Positions 9,869 through 19,552 of a DNA stretch of 64,000 bases are shown one piece after another. The DNA lies in the IMG/VR virus record IMGVR_UViG_3300010338_000575; one strand, 5' to 3'. The notes below the pieces were generated by a model, which saw only the letters and a program-made list of their open reading frames with translations, did not search any database and was not told where the DNA came from. Numbering within the stretch: position 1 is the first letter of the stretch; every line of letters starts with the position of its first letter. A program made the position numbers and the translations under genes. This DNA is from a virus. Its lineage: Duplodnaviria > Caudoviricetes.

Positions 9869-10426
9869 ATGATAAAAAGATTAGTAGCGTTTGATTTTGA
9901 TGGTACTTTAATAGATTCACCATTACCTGAATATGGTAAATTAGTTTGGTCTGAAAAAAAGGGAATTCCATATCCACATTCTGGTTGGTGGAGTAAACCA
10001 GAAAGTCTTGATATTGATGTTTTTGACATAAAACCCAATCCCGTTGTATATTCGCAATATTTAAAAGAAATATCAACACCAAACACATATGTTATTATAT
10101 TAACATCGAGACTAAAAAAATTAGAAGAACAAATTAAATTGGTATTAGAACAAAACAATATATTTGTTAATGAAATCAATACAAAAAATACAAACGAAAC
10201 TAAGGGAATTAGAATACTAAAATATTTAGACAAATTTCCTGAAATAAATGAGATTTCAGTATTTGATGATAGTATTGATGTGATTGAAAATGAATACAAT
10301 ACAATTAAACACTTATTACCAGATAATTTATCGTTTAATATATATTTTGTTAATAATAATAAATTAACATTAGTTGAATCAAAAATAATTGATATTATTA
10401 GGGATGAATTAATAAAATTAATTTAA
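9869..10426 (+). CDS. HAD phosphatase (Swiss-Army-knife RNA repair-like)
   Basis: FDFDGTL, ILTSR, K, VFDD motifs. Confidence 0.75.
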   Translation: MIKRLVAFDFDGTLIDSPLPEYGKLVWSEKKGIPYPHSGWWSKPESLDIDVFDIKPNPVVYSQYLKEISTPNTYVIILTSRLKKLEEQIKLVLEQNNIFVNEINTKNTNETKGIRILKYLDKFPEINEISVFDDSIDVIENEYNTIKHLLPDNLSFNIYFVNNNKLTLVESKIIDIIRDELIKLI

Positions 10427-10427
10427 T

Positions 10428-10437
10428 AGTATTTATT
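10428..10437 (+). promoter_or_regulatory. putative late promoter AGTATTTATT
   Basis: Upstream of ORF 10458. Confidence 0.55.
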
Positions 10438-10457
10438 ATATAATAAATAAAAATTTT

Positions 10458-11279
10458 ATGCATAAAAACGGTAGACCATATTATTTACCACAAATAAGTG
10501 CGCCATATAATATTGTTTTAGATAAATTGAATGATGATAATATTGGTTATAATATCATTAGATTTAAACCCAATGATAATGATAAAATATTACCATCACA
10601 AAAGGTTATTTATTCAGATATTATTGAAAAATGTGAAATAAATAATAATAACCCGATTTGGTTATCAACTGATAATGATGTATTAACAATTTGTGATGGA
10701 CATCATCGTTATTTTAAGGCTCTTTATGATAATGTGCCGATATTAGGTATTGTATTGAATGTCTGTTTTAACGATGCTTGTCGTATTTTAAATAAAATTC
10801 AAGATATTTTTGATTATGAAAAATCTAAATCAATTGAAAATGACGTTAATCAAAATATAATTGATTTGAAACAAGATGATGAAAATCAATTTTTAAATGC
10901 GCTTGAAGAACATAATGGTTTATTAGGTGGTAATAAAAATAATAAAAAAATAATTGCATATAGAAAAGGTTCAATTATTGAAAATTCGGTTATTGGTAAT
11001 TTTTTTTGTTTAAATCCAATTAAGGGTTATGATAAATACGAAATTGAATTTGATAATTTATTGGATGTGAAAGACTTGGGTGTAAAATATAGAAAAAACG
11101 AAAAACCCGTAGATATTTTGTGTAATATTTGGTTTCCGCATATTAATTTTAACACACTCGCAAGTAAATATAACGTATCTTTGGATAATTTAAAATATAA
11201 GGCAATTACAGAATTTGCAAAAAAATTGGGTTATGACGGTGTTAAATATGATGATAATTTAATACAAGGGTTTAAATAA
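10458..11279 (+). CDS. ParB-like N-terminal domain + ART-like C-terminal domain
   Basis: PIWL..ICDGHHRY; IAYRKG..GNFF..YEIEFDNLLD..AKKLGYDGVKY. Confidence 0.5.
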   Translation: MHKNGRPYYLPQISAPYNIVLDKLNDDNIGYNIIRFKPNDNDKILPSQKVIYSDIIEKCEINNNNPIWLSTDNDVLTICDGHHRYFKALYDNVPILGIVLNVCFNDACRILNKIQDIFDYEKSKSIENDVNQNIIDLKQDDENQFLNALEEHNGLLGGNKNNKKIIAYRKGSIIENSVIGNFFCLNPIKGYDKYEIEFDNLLDVKDLGVKYRKNEKPVDILCNIWFPHINFNTLASKYNVSLDNLKYKAITEFAKKLGYDGVKYDDNLIQGFK

Positions 11280-11307
11280 TAACATAATTATAATAATATA
11301 ATGAAAT

Positions 11308-11685
11308 ATGACTAATTATAAAATATCAAACATTACAGATAAATTGAATAAAAGAGATGTCAACTATAATAAAATCATTGATTTTAAATTTGTTGACGGT
11401 ATGTATGTTAGACACATAAAAATTGAACCGGGTGATTTTGTTGTATTAACAATATCAAAATTACCAATATCAGTACAAAAATATAAATTAAAAAATTTGA
11501 TAAACATTGAAATAATTGGTGATGATGTTTTGAAAAATTTAAGAGAGTATAAAAATATGGGTATTGTTAATAACAATAAAAAAGATAATATTGACACAAT
11601 TGATAAGAATTTTAATAGTAAAAAAAATGCTACAAAAAGGAAAAACGAAAAGAGTGAAAACGTTTCAACAGATTCTGATAAATAA
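11308..11685 (+). CDS. hypothetical protein
   Basis: 125-aa ORF in operon. Confidence 0.7.
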   Translation: MTNYKISNITDKLNKRDVNYNKIIDFKFVDGMYVRHIKIEPGDFVVLTISKLPISVQKYKLKNLINIEIIGDDVLKNLREYKNMGIVNNNKKDNIDTIDKNFNSKKNATKRKNEKSENVSTDSDK

Positions 11686-11708
11686 TATTGTGTTATAATA
11701 GTTACAAT

Positions 11709-11740
11709 AAAAAACCAGCAAAAAATTTTGCTGGTTTTTT
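11709..11740 (+). terminator. intrinsic terminator
   Basis: AAAAAACCAGCAAAA / TTTTGCTGGTTTTTT inverted repeat. Confidence 0.75.
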
Positions 11741-11814
11741 ATTTAAATTTCAATATTTTGTGCCGATAATCGTATATTATTATTGAATAATAAAATTTAA
11801 TAAATTTTTATAAT

Positions 11815-13209
11815 ATGGATAATAGAATAAGAGTGTTGTTTTATAATACGGATGGTGCTGGTGTTAATTATTTTAGAACATTAACACCAGCAATTGAATT
11901 GGATAAAAATCATAGTAATGAATTTTATACTGAAATTAATCCACAATTAAATTTTGACGATCCTAATATAATTAATTATTTAAAATCATTTGACATAATA
12001 CATTATCATAGACAATTAGTACCCGATTTAAATAAGATGAAATCAATTGCTGATGAATTGAAAAAAAATGGGACTATTTTAGTTTGTGATATTGATGATT
12101 ATTGGCATTTACACCCCAAACACCCATTATATGGTTTAAATATTGAAAAAAAATTATACGTTATTGTTCTTGAAAATTTAAAAATTGCTGATTATATTAC
12201 GACTACAACCGAATTATTTGCAGATGAAATTCGTAAAGTAACTGGTAAAAATAATGTTATTGTTTTGGAAAATTCAATTGACCCAACATGGATGAAACAA
12301 TTCCAAAATAATTGGAAGCCCGATCCTGATGGTTTGGTTAGAATTACATATATGGCAGGTTCATCACATTATGTTGATTTGGAACAGTTAGAAGGTGTTG
12401 TTAATGTATTGTGGAATAATCCAGAATTAAAGGGTAAATTTAAAATTATTGTTGCTGGTTGGGATACACAAGGTGTTACAACGGAAATTACATTAAATCA
12501 GGATTTTTTGAGTGATTTACAAAAACGTGGTTTATGGACACAAGAAATGATTAATGAAATTAATCGAAGCAAGGGGGATGTTAATAAAATTAAAAATTTA
12601 CCAAATGATTTGAAAAATAAATATAATAACAATATCTTTCTTATAAAAGAAAGAAATATAAAATCGGAAGAAAGTGTATATTATTTTTATGAAAAAATAT
12701 TAACCGATAATCATAGAATTATTGAAAATGAAGATTATAAAAGATGGTTGTTGAATTTTGAAAGAAATGTTAAATATCCCAATGAGGGTAATTATGCTAG
12801 AAGATGGACACAAAAAGCCAATATTTATGCACAAGTATTGGATGAAACGGATATTGTTATTGCACCGCTTGCCGATAATCAATTTAATAGAATGAAATCA
12901 AATTTAAAACAGGTTGAATGTTGGTCAAGAAAATTACCTATTGTATGTTCTGATATACCACCATATAATGTTGATGGTCGACATATGGAAAATTGTGTAT
13001 TAATACCCGCAGAAAAAAATGCACATAAATATTGGCAAAAATATCTAAAGAGGTTAATATTAGATGCTGATTTACGTAAAAAATTGGGCGAGCAATTATA
13101 TGAAGATTTTAAAGAAAAATATCATTTAGCAAATGTTACAAAGAAACGTGCTGATTTTTATAGTAATATAGTTTTGAAAAGAAAATTGAACAATAATAAC
13201 AATAATTAA
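11815..13209 (+). CDS. glycosyltransferase (GT-B, GT4-like)
   Basis: GVNYFR, DIDDYW, ADYITTTT, DIVIAPL..FNRMKSNLKQVE..PIVCSDIPPY. Confidence 0.75.
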   Translation: MDNRIRVLFYNTDGAGVNYFRTLTPAIELDKNHSNEFYTEINPQLNFDDPNIINYLKSFDIIHYHRQLVPDLNKMKSIADELKKNGTILVCDIDDYWHLHPKHPLYGLNIEKKLYVIVLENLKIADYITTTTELFADEIRKVTGKNNVIVLENSIDPTWMKQFQNNWKPDPDGLVRITYMAGSSHYVDLEQLEGVVNVLWNNPELKGKFKIIVAGWDTQGVTTEITLNQDFLSDLQKRGLWTQEMINEINRSKGDVNKIKNLPNDLKNKYNNNIFLIKERNIKSEESVYYFYEKILTDNHRIIENEDYKRWLLNFERNVKYPNEGNYARRWTQKANIYAQVLDETDIVIAPLADNQFNRMKSNLKQVECWSRKLPIVCSDIPPYNVDGRHMENCVLIPAEKNAHKYWQKYLKRLILDADLRKKLGEQLYEDFKEKYHLANVTKKRADFYSNIVLKRKLNNNNNN

Positions 13210-13221
13210 TATCAATAATGT

Positions 13222-14151
13222 ATGATAAATTTTTTTAAAAAAATCGCATTTTGGGTATATGTTAAAATACATGGGATATTAATTAATATAAGTATTGCAT
13301 TACATAATACTGAAGTCGATATATTAAAAGCCGATCCCAATATTTATGATGAAAAGGATAAAAAAATACAGAGAAAAAGGCATAGAAATGAAATTCTTGA
13401 AAAATTTTATGCTGGTCAAACTGATGAAAAGTATATTCAAGAATATTACGAAATTTTAAAAAAAGCAGATAATTTTATTAAAAATTCAACATATAGAAAA
13501 ATTGCGATGACTGCTGATAAACATATTAGATATGATGGTGTTGAAAACTATGATGATAGTTCTAATGTTGTTAAAGATAAATATGGTAGACGTGTTGCAC
13601 ATTATGGTTTTTTTGATGAAAAACACAAATATTATGGTAAAACACTTGCTGAAGTGATTGAAATTGAAAAAAAGGAAAGACGAACAAATGATGATGATTT
13701 TGAATTAATTTATATCTTTAATAATAAGCCATATGAATTAGGTATTGTTGATGTTTTTGATGTTGTTAATGAACAAAAAAACGATATGATGGTTGATGTT
13801 AAAAAAATATCAAAAAAATTTAAATTTCCAATTAAAATTTATCGTGATAATGATAATATAATTAATAAAATTGAAGAAATTACTGAATATTTGCACGTAA
13901 AAAGAATTGGTTTTGAATTTAGACAATTAGAGTTTTTTATTCCATTGCATTTTAAAATAGATGAAGTTGAAAATGATTCTGAAATTTTTAAAGAATTAAC
14001 AAACATAAAAAGTGTGTTTGTTAACGATGATTATGGTAATCTTATTGGTTTTACCGTAAATAAATTCGTAAAGAGAATAAATTATAATAACACCCATGAA
14101 GTTTGGAAATTTGAAGGTGTTGAAATGGATGTTATAAAAACAAAATTATAA
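13222..14151 (+). CDS. hypothetical protein
   Basis: 309-aa ORF. Confidence 0.75.
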   Translation: MINFFKKIAFWVYVKIHGILINISIALHNTEVDILKADPNIYDEKDKKIQRKRHRNEILEKFYAGQTDEKYIQEYYEILKKADNFIKNSTYRKIAMTADKHIRYDGVENYDDSSNVVKDKYGRRVAHYGFFDEKHKYYGKTLAEVIEIEKKERRTNDDDFELIYIFNNKPYELGIVDVFDVVNEQKNDMMVDVKKISKKFKFPIKIYRDNDNIINKIEEITEYLHVKRIGFEFRQLEFFIPLHFKIDEVENDSEIFKELTNIKSVFVNDDYGNLIGFTVNKFVKRINYNNTHEVWKFEGVEMDVIKTKL

Positions 14152-14177
14152 TAATATTAATAATAATTATAATAATT

Positions 14178-14603
14178 ATGAGTAGAATTGTAAAAGCATC
14201 GGATGAATTAATTAATTTGTTTAATTCAGTTAGAAAAAAAACAACAATACCTGTTTGGGTTCAGTTTGAACTTCTTTCAAATAATAAACAAAAAACATTA
14301 TATAAAATAATGAAAACAAATAATGTCGTCGAAGTGATGACTAATGGTGTCAATTTTGCAATCATTTTCAATGAATTAATATTTAATGAATTGCCTGATG
14401 ATATGAAAGTTATTGCTATTGATGAATGTCTTGCGGGTATTTATGTGAATAATTATGATAATATTTATTTAGAAAAACCAAATTTCAATACATATATATC
14501 AATATTACAAAAATATGGTCATGATTCAATAATAAGATTACATGAATCAATAAAAAGTTTATATGATGTGAAGAAACAAAATGATGATAATAATGGCGTG
14601 TAA
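14178..14603 (+). CDS. hypothetical protein, putative phage metallopeptidase-like fold without HExxH
   Basis: FAIIFNE..FNELP..IAIDECL..YG pattern. Confidence 0.45.
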   Translation: MSRIVKASDELINLFNSVRKKTTIPVWVQFELLSNNKQKTLYKIMKTNNVVEVMTNGVNFAIIFNELIFNELPDDMKVIAIDECLAGIYVNNYDNIYLEKPNFNTYISILQKYGHDSIIRLHESIKSLYDVKKQNDDNNGV

Positions 14604-14622
14604 ATAAAAATTGTGTTTTTTT

Positions 14623-14649
14623 AAAACCCAACATAAATTGTTGGGTTTT
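14623..14649 (+). terminator. intrinsic terminator
   Basis: AAAACCCAACA-5 nt-TGTTGGGTTTT. Confidence 0.7.
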
Positions 14650-14658
14650 TTCTTTATT

Positions 14659-14668
14659 AGTATTTATA
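14659..14668 (+). promoter_or_regulatory. putative late promoter AGTATTTATA
   Basis: Directly upstream of the baseplate operon. Confidence 0.65.
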
Positions 14669-14684
14669 AAAAAAATAAAATGAA

Positions 14685-15089
14685 ATGGGTATTAATTCAA
14701 TAAACATATCATATCCAATTAATGATGATAATCAAAAAGGTGGTTTTGTTAATACAACAAAAACGACAAAAGATGCAATTGTTTCAAATTTATTATTACT
14801 TTTATTAACAATAAAAGGTGAAAGGTATTATGATCCCGAATATGGGACTAATTTAATTAAATCAATTTTTGACCCTAATGATAGTACAACAGAAGGTGAA
14901 ATTGAATTGGAAATAAAAAATACTGTTCCAAAATATATTTCTAACATTAGAATAAATAGTGTTAGTTTTTTAAGAGATAAAGATAATGAGGGTTATGATA
15001 TTGATGATAATCAATTAATTGTTAACGTTACTTTTACATATGAAGAAGGTACAATTAATGAAACTAATAGTATTAATATAACATTTTAA
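14685..15089 (+). CDS. baseplate wedge subunit, gp25-like
   Basis: AIVSNLLLLLLTIKGERYYDPEYGTNL..IFDP. Confidence 0.85.
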   Translation: MGINSINISYPINDDNQKGGFVNTTKTTKDAIVSNLLLLLLTIKGERYYDPEYGTNLIKSIFDPNDSTTEGEIELEIKNTVPKYISNIRINSVSFLRDKDNEGYDIDDNQLIVNVTFTYEEGTINETNSINITF

Positions 15090-15100
15090 ATAATAATAAT

Positions 15101-16945
15101 ATGGCAGTAAATGTATTAAATAATATTGTTCGATATAATAGTAGAACATTTGGTGAAATACGTGATGATTTAATAGCATATATAAAGCAAGCATATCCAG
15201 AAGTGTTAAAAGATTTTTCAGATTCAAGTGTTGGTGCTGTATTAATTGACCTAAATGCTGGTGTTGCTAATAATTTAGCAATAAATACTGATAGAGTGTT
15301 TCAAGAAACACAATTGGAATATGCACAACAAAGAGCGTCGATATTAAATATTGCAAAAAATTTAGGTTTTAATATACCACCCAAAAGACCATCGGTCACT
15401 GTGGTTGATTTTACTGTAACAATACCAGTATTGGGTAATAAACCTGATTCTAGTTATTATCCAGTGTTGGATGCAGGTGCACAAATTGTTGGTGGTGGTA
15501 CTGTGTTTGAGACATTATATAAAGTTGATTGGGGTTCAGAAAATAGTTTGTTTGGATATCCAAATCGTAAAATTGTGCCTAATTATGATTCAAATGGTAT
15601 TGTTATTAATTATTTAGTATCAAAAAGAGAAATTGTTGTAAATGGTGCTACTAAAATTTATAAAAGAGTAATTACTAATGATGATATTGTGCCTTTTTTT
15701 AGTATAACATTACCAGATAATAATGTGATTGATATTGATGGTGTTATTTTAGTTGAGGGTGTTGATTATAATGTATTACCAACATATGAAGAGTTTTATG
15801 ACAATAATAAAAGATACTTTGAGGTTGATTATTTAGCGCAACAAAGAGTTTTTATTGAAGATACATCGAATGTAAAAACCGATTCATCTGGAATTAAGGC
15901 TGGTAAATGGTTTGATGTTACTAAGAAATTTATTAAGGAATACACATCACAGGGTTATTGTAAATTAATATTTGGTTCTGGTGATCCTGATTTAAATGCA
16001 TTTGAAAGTGGGTTATTAAAAGAAGATGTTACAAATAAATATTTTCTTGAAAATTTTTTAAATAATACAGCATTGGGTGAAAAATTAAAGCCAAATCACA
16101 CATTATTTGTTAAATATAGAATTGGTGGTGGTATTGATTCTAACATTGGTGCTGGTGTTTTAACACAAATGGGAACGTATAGATTAAATGTATTGGGTTC
16201 TCGTACTGATTATAATCAAATTGTGCAAAGAAGTTTAAAAGTGACAAATCCAATACCCGCAATTGGGGGTAATGATGGATTGAATGTTGAACAAATAAGA
16301 CATTTGATAAAATATAATTTTTCAAGCCAAAATAGATGTGTTACGTTAACTGATTACATATTACAGATTTATAAAATGCCGGGTAGGTTTGGTTCACCGT
16401 TTAGGGTAAATGCCTATAAAGAAAATAATAAAATCATGATATCAATATTGGGTATTGGTTCGGATGGTAAGTTATCAAATGTTAGTAATAGTTTATTAAA
16501 AGAAAATATTGCAGAATATCTTAGTCAATATAGAATGATTAATGATTATATTGAAATTAAAGATGGTAAAATATTTAATTTAGCATTTGATATTGATATA
16601 TTTGTTGATAATATTTCGGATAATACTATCGCAAATAATGTAATTAATATTGTTAAAAATTATTTGGATATTAATAAAAGTGAAATGAATGAAGATGTGT
16701 ATTTAGGTCAATTACAAAATGAAATATTGAAAGTTAATGGTGTTATTAATGTAATCGATATTGTTGTTTATAATAAAGTTGGTGGTAATTATTCATTAAA
16801 TATGATTGGTCAAGAAATATCAGATATTGGAACTGGTAAAATTAGAATTATTAATAATACAATATATTCTGAACGTGATTCGATGTTTGAAATAAAATAT
16901 CCAGAGAAAGATATTAGAGTTATTATGAGAAAAAAGATATCATAA
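15101..16945 (+). CDS. baseplate wedge protein, gp6/J-like
   Basis: TFGEIRDDL..DFSDSS..ETQLEYAQQRASILNIAKNLGF; FGSG; YRIGGG..SN; AIGG..QNRCVTLTDY. Confidence 0.85.
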   Translation: MAVNVLNNIVRYNSRTFGEIRDDLIAYIKQAYPEVLKDFSDSSVGAVLIDLNAGVANNLAINTDRVFQETQLEYAQQRASILNIAKNLGFNIPPKRPSVTVVDFTVTIPVLGNKPDSSYYPVLDAGAQIVGGGTVFETLYKVDWGSENSLFGYPNRKIVPNYDSNGIVINYLVSKREIVVNGATKIYKRVITNDDIVPFFSITLPDNNVIDIDGVILVEGVDYNVLPTYEEFYDNNKRYFEVDYLAQQRVFIEDTSNVKTDSSGIKAGKWFDVTKKFIKEYTSQGYCKLIFGSGDPDLNAFESGLLKEDVTNKYFLENFLNNTALGEKLKPNHTLFVKYRIGGGIDSNIGAGVLTQMGTYRLNVLGSRTDYNQIVQRSLKVTNPIPAIGGNDGLNVEQIRHLIKYNFSSQNRCVTLTDYILQIYKMPGRFGSPFRVNAYKENNKIMISILGIGSDGKLSNVSNSLLKENIAEYLSQYRMINDYIEIKDGKIFNLAFDIDIFVDNISDNTIANNVINIVKNYLDINKSEMNEDVYLGQLQNEILKVNGVINVIDIVVYNKVGGNYSLNMIGQEISDIGTGKIRIINNTIYSERDSMFEIKYPEKDIRVIMRKKIS

Positions 16946-16948
16946 GAA

Positions 16949-17197
16949 ATGGAAATTATTCGCAAAACAATATTGCAAGCGGTTACAACTGGTACAACAT
17001 CATCAAATGTGGATGGTGGTTTTATTATTGTGCCAGATTTAACTGCTATTTATAATATAAAATTTGGTTTGGTTCAAGATGTAAATGATGTTGGTTTTTT
17101 ATCGGCATTTGTTGAAAATAAATATCAATATTATTATTATGGTGATGATATTAATGCAATTGGTATCGGTGAAGAATTATTGGATTTTTTCATATGA
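16949..17197 (+). CDS. hypothetical structural-module protein
   Basis: 82-aa ORF in the baseplate operon. Confidence 0.6.
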   Translation: MEIIRKTILQAVTTGTTSSNVDGGFIIVPDLTAIYNIKFGLVQDVNDVGFLSAFVENKYQYYYYGDDINAIGIGEELLDFFI

Positions 17198-17216
17198 AAA
17201 TGTGTTTTAGATTATT

Positions 17217-18113
17217 ATGAAGTATGTTCATTCGCTATGGTCAAAGCCAGCAACCACAAATAATTTTGATAATAATTATGATGTTAAATATATCACAAAA
17301 AATTTTTATACATATTTATTGAGTTTATTATTGGTGAAACGATTGGGATATTCAATGGAATTATATTGTGATGAGTTAACTTTTGAATATTATAATAAAT
17401 TACCATATGATAAATTTAATATTGTTGATTTTGATAGTGATGGTATTAGTTCTAAATTTTGGATTTGGGGTAAAATAAAGACCCATTTAATGATGAATGA
17501 ACCGTATATACATATTGATGGTGATGTTTTATTGTTTAAAGATGTGATTGGGAATAAATTTGATAACACATATTCGGTTATTGTGCAATCAGTAGAAGAT
17601 GATAAAACAATACCAAACTCATTTAATGATTTGTATAGAAACGGTTATAAACCATTTGAAAACATATATATTAATTATGGAAAATATGATTATGTTGCTT
17701 ATAATTGTGGTGTTGTTGGATTTAACGATATTAAATTTAAAAACGAATATGCTAATAATGTGAAAAATGTATTATATTATTTATCAAATAATTCTGATTT
17801 CGATCATAATAGGCAAAAATATAATGGTATGTTTTTAATTGCAGAACAATCATTATTATACTATATGACGAAAGAAAAAAATATTAAAGTATTTGAAATA
17901 ATACCGTATGAATTAATAAAAAATAATAATTATAGTTTTGATTATTGGTATTCTGATTTACCAAAACAAATTGGATATTGTCATTTATTAGGATATTCTA
18001 AATATAAATTAAGTAACATTAATAAAATTAAATTAATTATAAAAAATAATTTTCCAGAATATTATAGTATTGTTACCGATTTTGAAAAGAAATATAACGT
18101 TAATTTAAATTAA
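17217..18113 (+). CDS. DUF6734-like nucleotide-diphospho-sugar transferase-like protein
   Basis: W..GKI..PYIHIDGDV (DxD), YNCGVVG, AEQ, YCHLLG. Confidence 0.6.
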   Translation: MKYVHSLWSKPATTNNFDNNYDVKYITKNFYTYLLSLLLVKRLGYSMELYCDELTFEYYNKLPYDKFNIVDFDSDGISSKFWIWGKIKTHLMMNEPYIHIDGDVLLFKDVIGNKFDNTYSVIVQSVEDDKTIPNSFNDLYRNGYKPFENIYINYGKYDYVAYNCGVVGFNDIKFKNEYANNVKNVLYYLSNNSDFDHNRQKYNGMFLIAEQSLLYYMTKEKNIKVFEIIPYELIKNNNYSFDYWYSDLPKQIGYCHLLGYSKYKLSNINKIKLIIKNNFPEYYSIVTDFEKKYNVNLN

Positions 18114-18122
18114 TAAAAAACA

Positions 18123-18560
18123 ATGATTAGTGGTACTACGAAAAATAGTAGATTGTATGAATTGAAAAAATATGTTGTTACAAATAATTTTATGGAACAA
18201 TATGTTGGCAATGGTTCATATAATAATAATGGTGTTGATTATAATAATTCAGTTGATGACGAATATATAACATATTATATTGATGGTATTAAATATGTTG
18301 ATGATTTAACTCAAAATATTACAACATTTTATACGTCACCATCAATTACAAGTAGTCCGAATTTTATTAATACTAATTATTTTAAAGATTTTAATAAAGA
18401 AAATATAATAAACAATCCAAAAATACATAATGATGTATTTATTGATAGATATGAACAATCTGTATTTATTGATAATTATAGATTAAGATATGTTACTAAT
18501 TTATCCGATTTAACAACATTTGTTGGTGGAATTTATTTTAATATAATAAATAATACATAA
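18123..18560 (+). CDS. putative virion structural protein
   Basis: Tail-module context. Confidence 0.6.
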   Translation: MISGTTKNSRLYELKKYVVTNNFMEQYVGNGSYNNNGVDYNNSVDDEYITYYIDGIKYVDDLTQNITTFYTSPSITSSPNFINTNYFKDFNKENIINNPKIHNDVFIDRYEQSVFIDNYRLRYVTNLSDLTTFVGGIYFNIINNT

Positions 18561-18561
18561 T

Positions 18562-19464
18562 ATGGCTGTTGGAACATATGGAATTACAAGACCTGCTGAT
18601 GTAAGTATCGATGATATCGATATTTATTATAATTATACACCAAATAGGGAAACCTTTAATGATGTTATTTATAAATTAAATGCTAATGAAATTTTATCAT
18701 ATAATATATTACCTGATGAAGATAAAATTGATGGTAGTGATAACATTTTAGAGGGTTTGTATAATTTAAAACTACCTGCAAGTGTTTTTAATAAATTGGG
18801 TATATATACTATTTATATTAAACCCAAACGAATTATTACAACTATTGTTGATTGTGGTGTGTTATCATCGTTATCAAATGTAAGAGGTATTGTGTTAGAT
18901 GCGAATCAATTACCAGATGGATTAAAATCAAATAATGCGTTACAAGGATATCGAATTGAATATATAGATACGCTGACAAATAAAAAAATTAGAAATCTTT
19001 CTAGATTTGTTGTCACATCAAATAAAGTAATTCCTGTTGTTGATAACAGTAATGGTGCATCAGAAAAATCAACACGATATAAATTTGATGATAGTAGTAA
19101 CTTATTATTTTTACAATTAACACCAAGTAGTTCATCCGACATTAAATCAAATTTATTACCATTTATTGGTACTGCCAATCAAAAAATAATAATATCAAAT
19201 ACGTTTTTTTCACCAGTTGTATTAGAAATTGATTTAGTTGCAAATACGATTGACACATTAACTGATTTAGTTGGTGGTGAAGTGATAAAAGATATTGATA
19301 ATGGTATTATTACGTATTTTGATTCGAATCGAAATATAACAAGACAATTTAATGTTTATGAAATTAAAGATGATTTTGGTAATGTATCGTTATTTGAAGT
19401 AAAAGAAAGACGTACAAATATTGATGAATCACAAGATTTTGATGTTGTTACAAATGGTATTTAA
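18562..19464 (+). CDS. putative baseplate/tail structural protein
   Basis: 300-aa ORF in tail module, beta-rich. Confidence 0.6.
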   Translation: MAVGTYGITRPADVSIDDIDIYYNYTPNRETFNDVIYKLNANEILSYNILPDEDKIDGSDNILEGLYNLKLPASVFNKLGIYTIYIKPKRIITTIVDCGVLSSLSNVRGIVLDANQLPDGLKSNNALQGYRIEYIDTLTNKKIRNLSRFVVTSNKVIPVVDNSNGASEKSTRYKFDDSSNLLFLQLTPSSSSDIKSNLLPFIGTANQKIIISNTFFSPVVLEIDLVANTIDTLTDLVGGEVIKDIDNGIITYFDSNRNITRQFNVYEIKDDFGNVSLFEVKERRTNIDESQDFDVVTNGI

Positions 19465-19486
19465 TAATTAATTTTTTATAAAAAAT

Positions 19487-19517
19487 AAAAATCCCAATAC
19501 AATAAATTGGGATTTTT
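19487..19517 (+). terminator. intrinsic terminator
   Basis: AAAAATCCCAAT..ATTGGGATTTTT. Confidence 0.65.
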
Positions 19518-19527
19518 TTATATTATC

Positions 19528-19536
19528 GTATTTATA
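19528..19536 (+). promoter_or_regulatory. putative late promoter GTATTTATA
   Basis: Upstream of the GTG start at 19553. Confidence 0.6.
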
Positions 19537-19552
19537 ATAAATTGAATATAAA

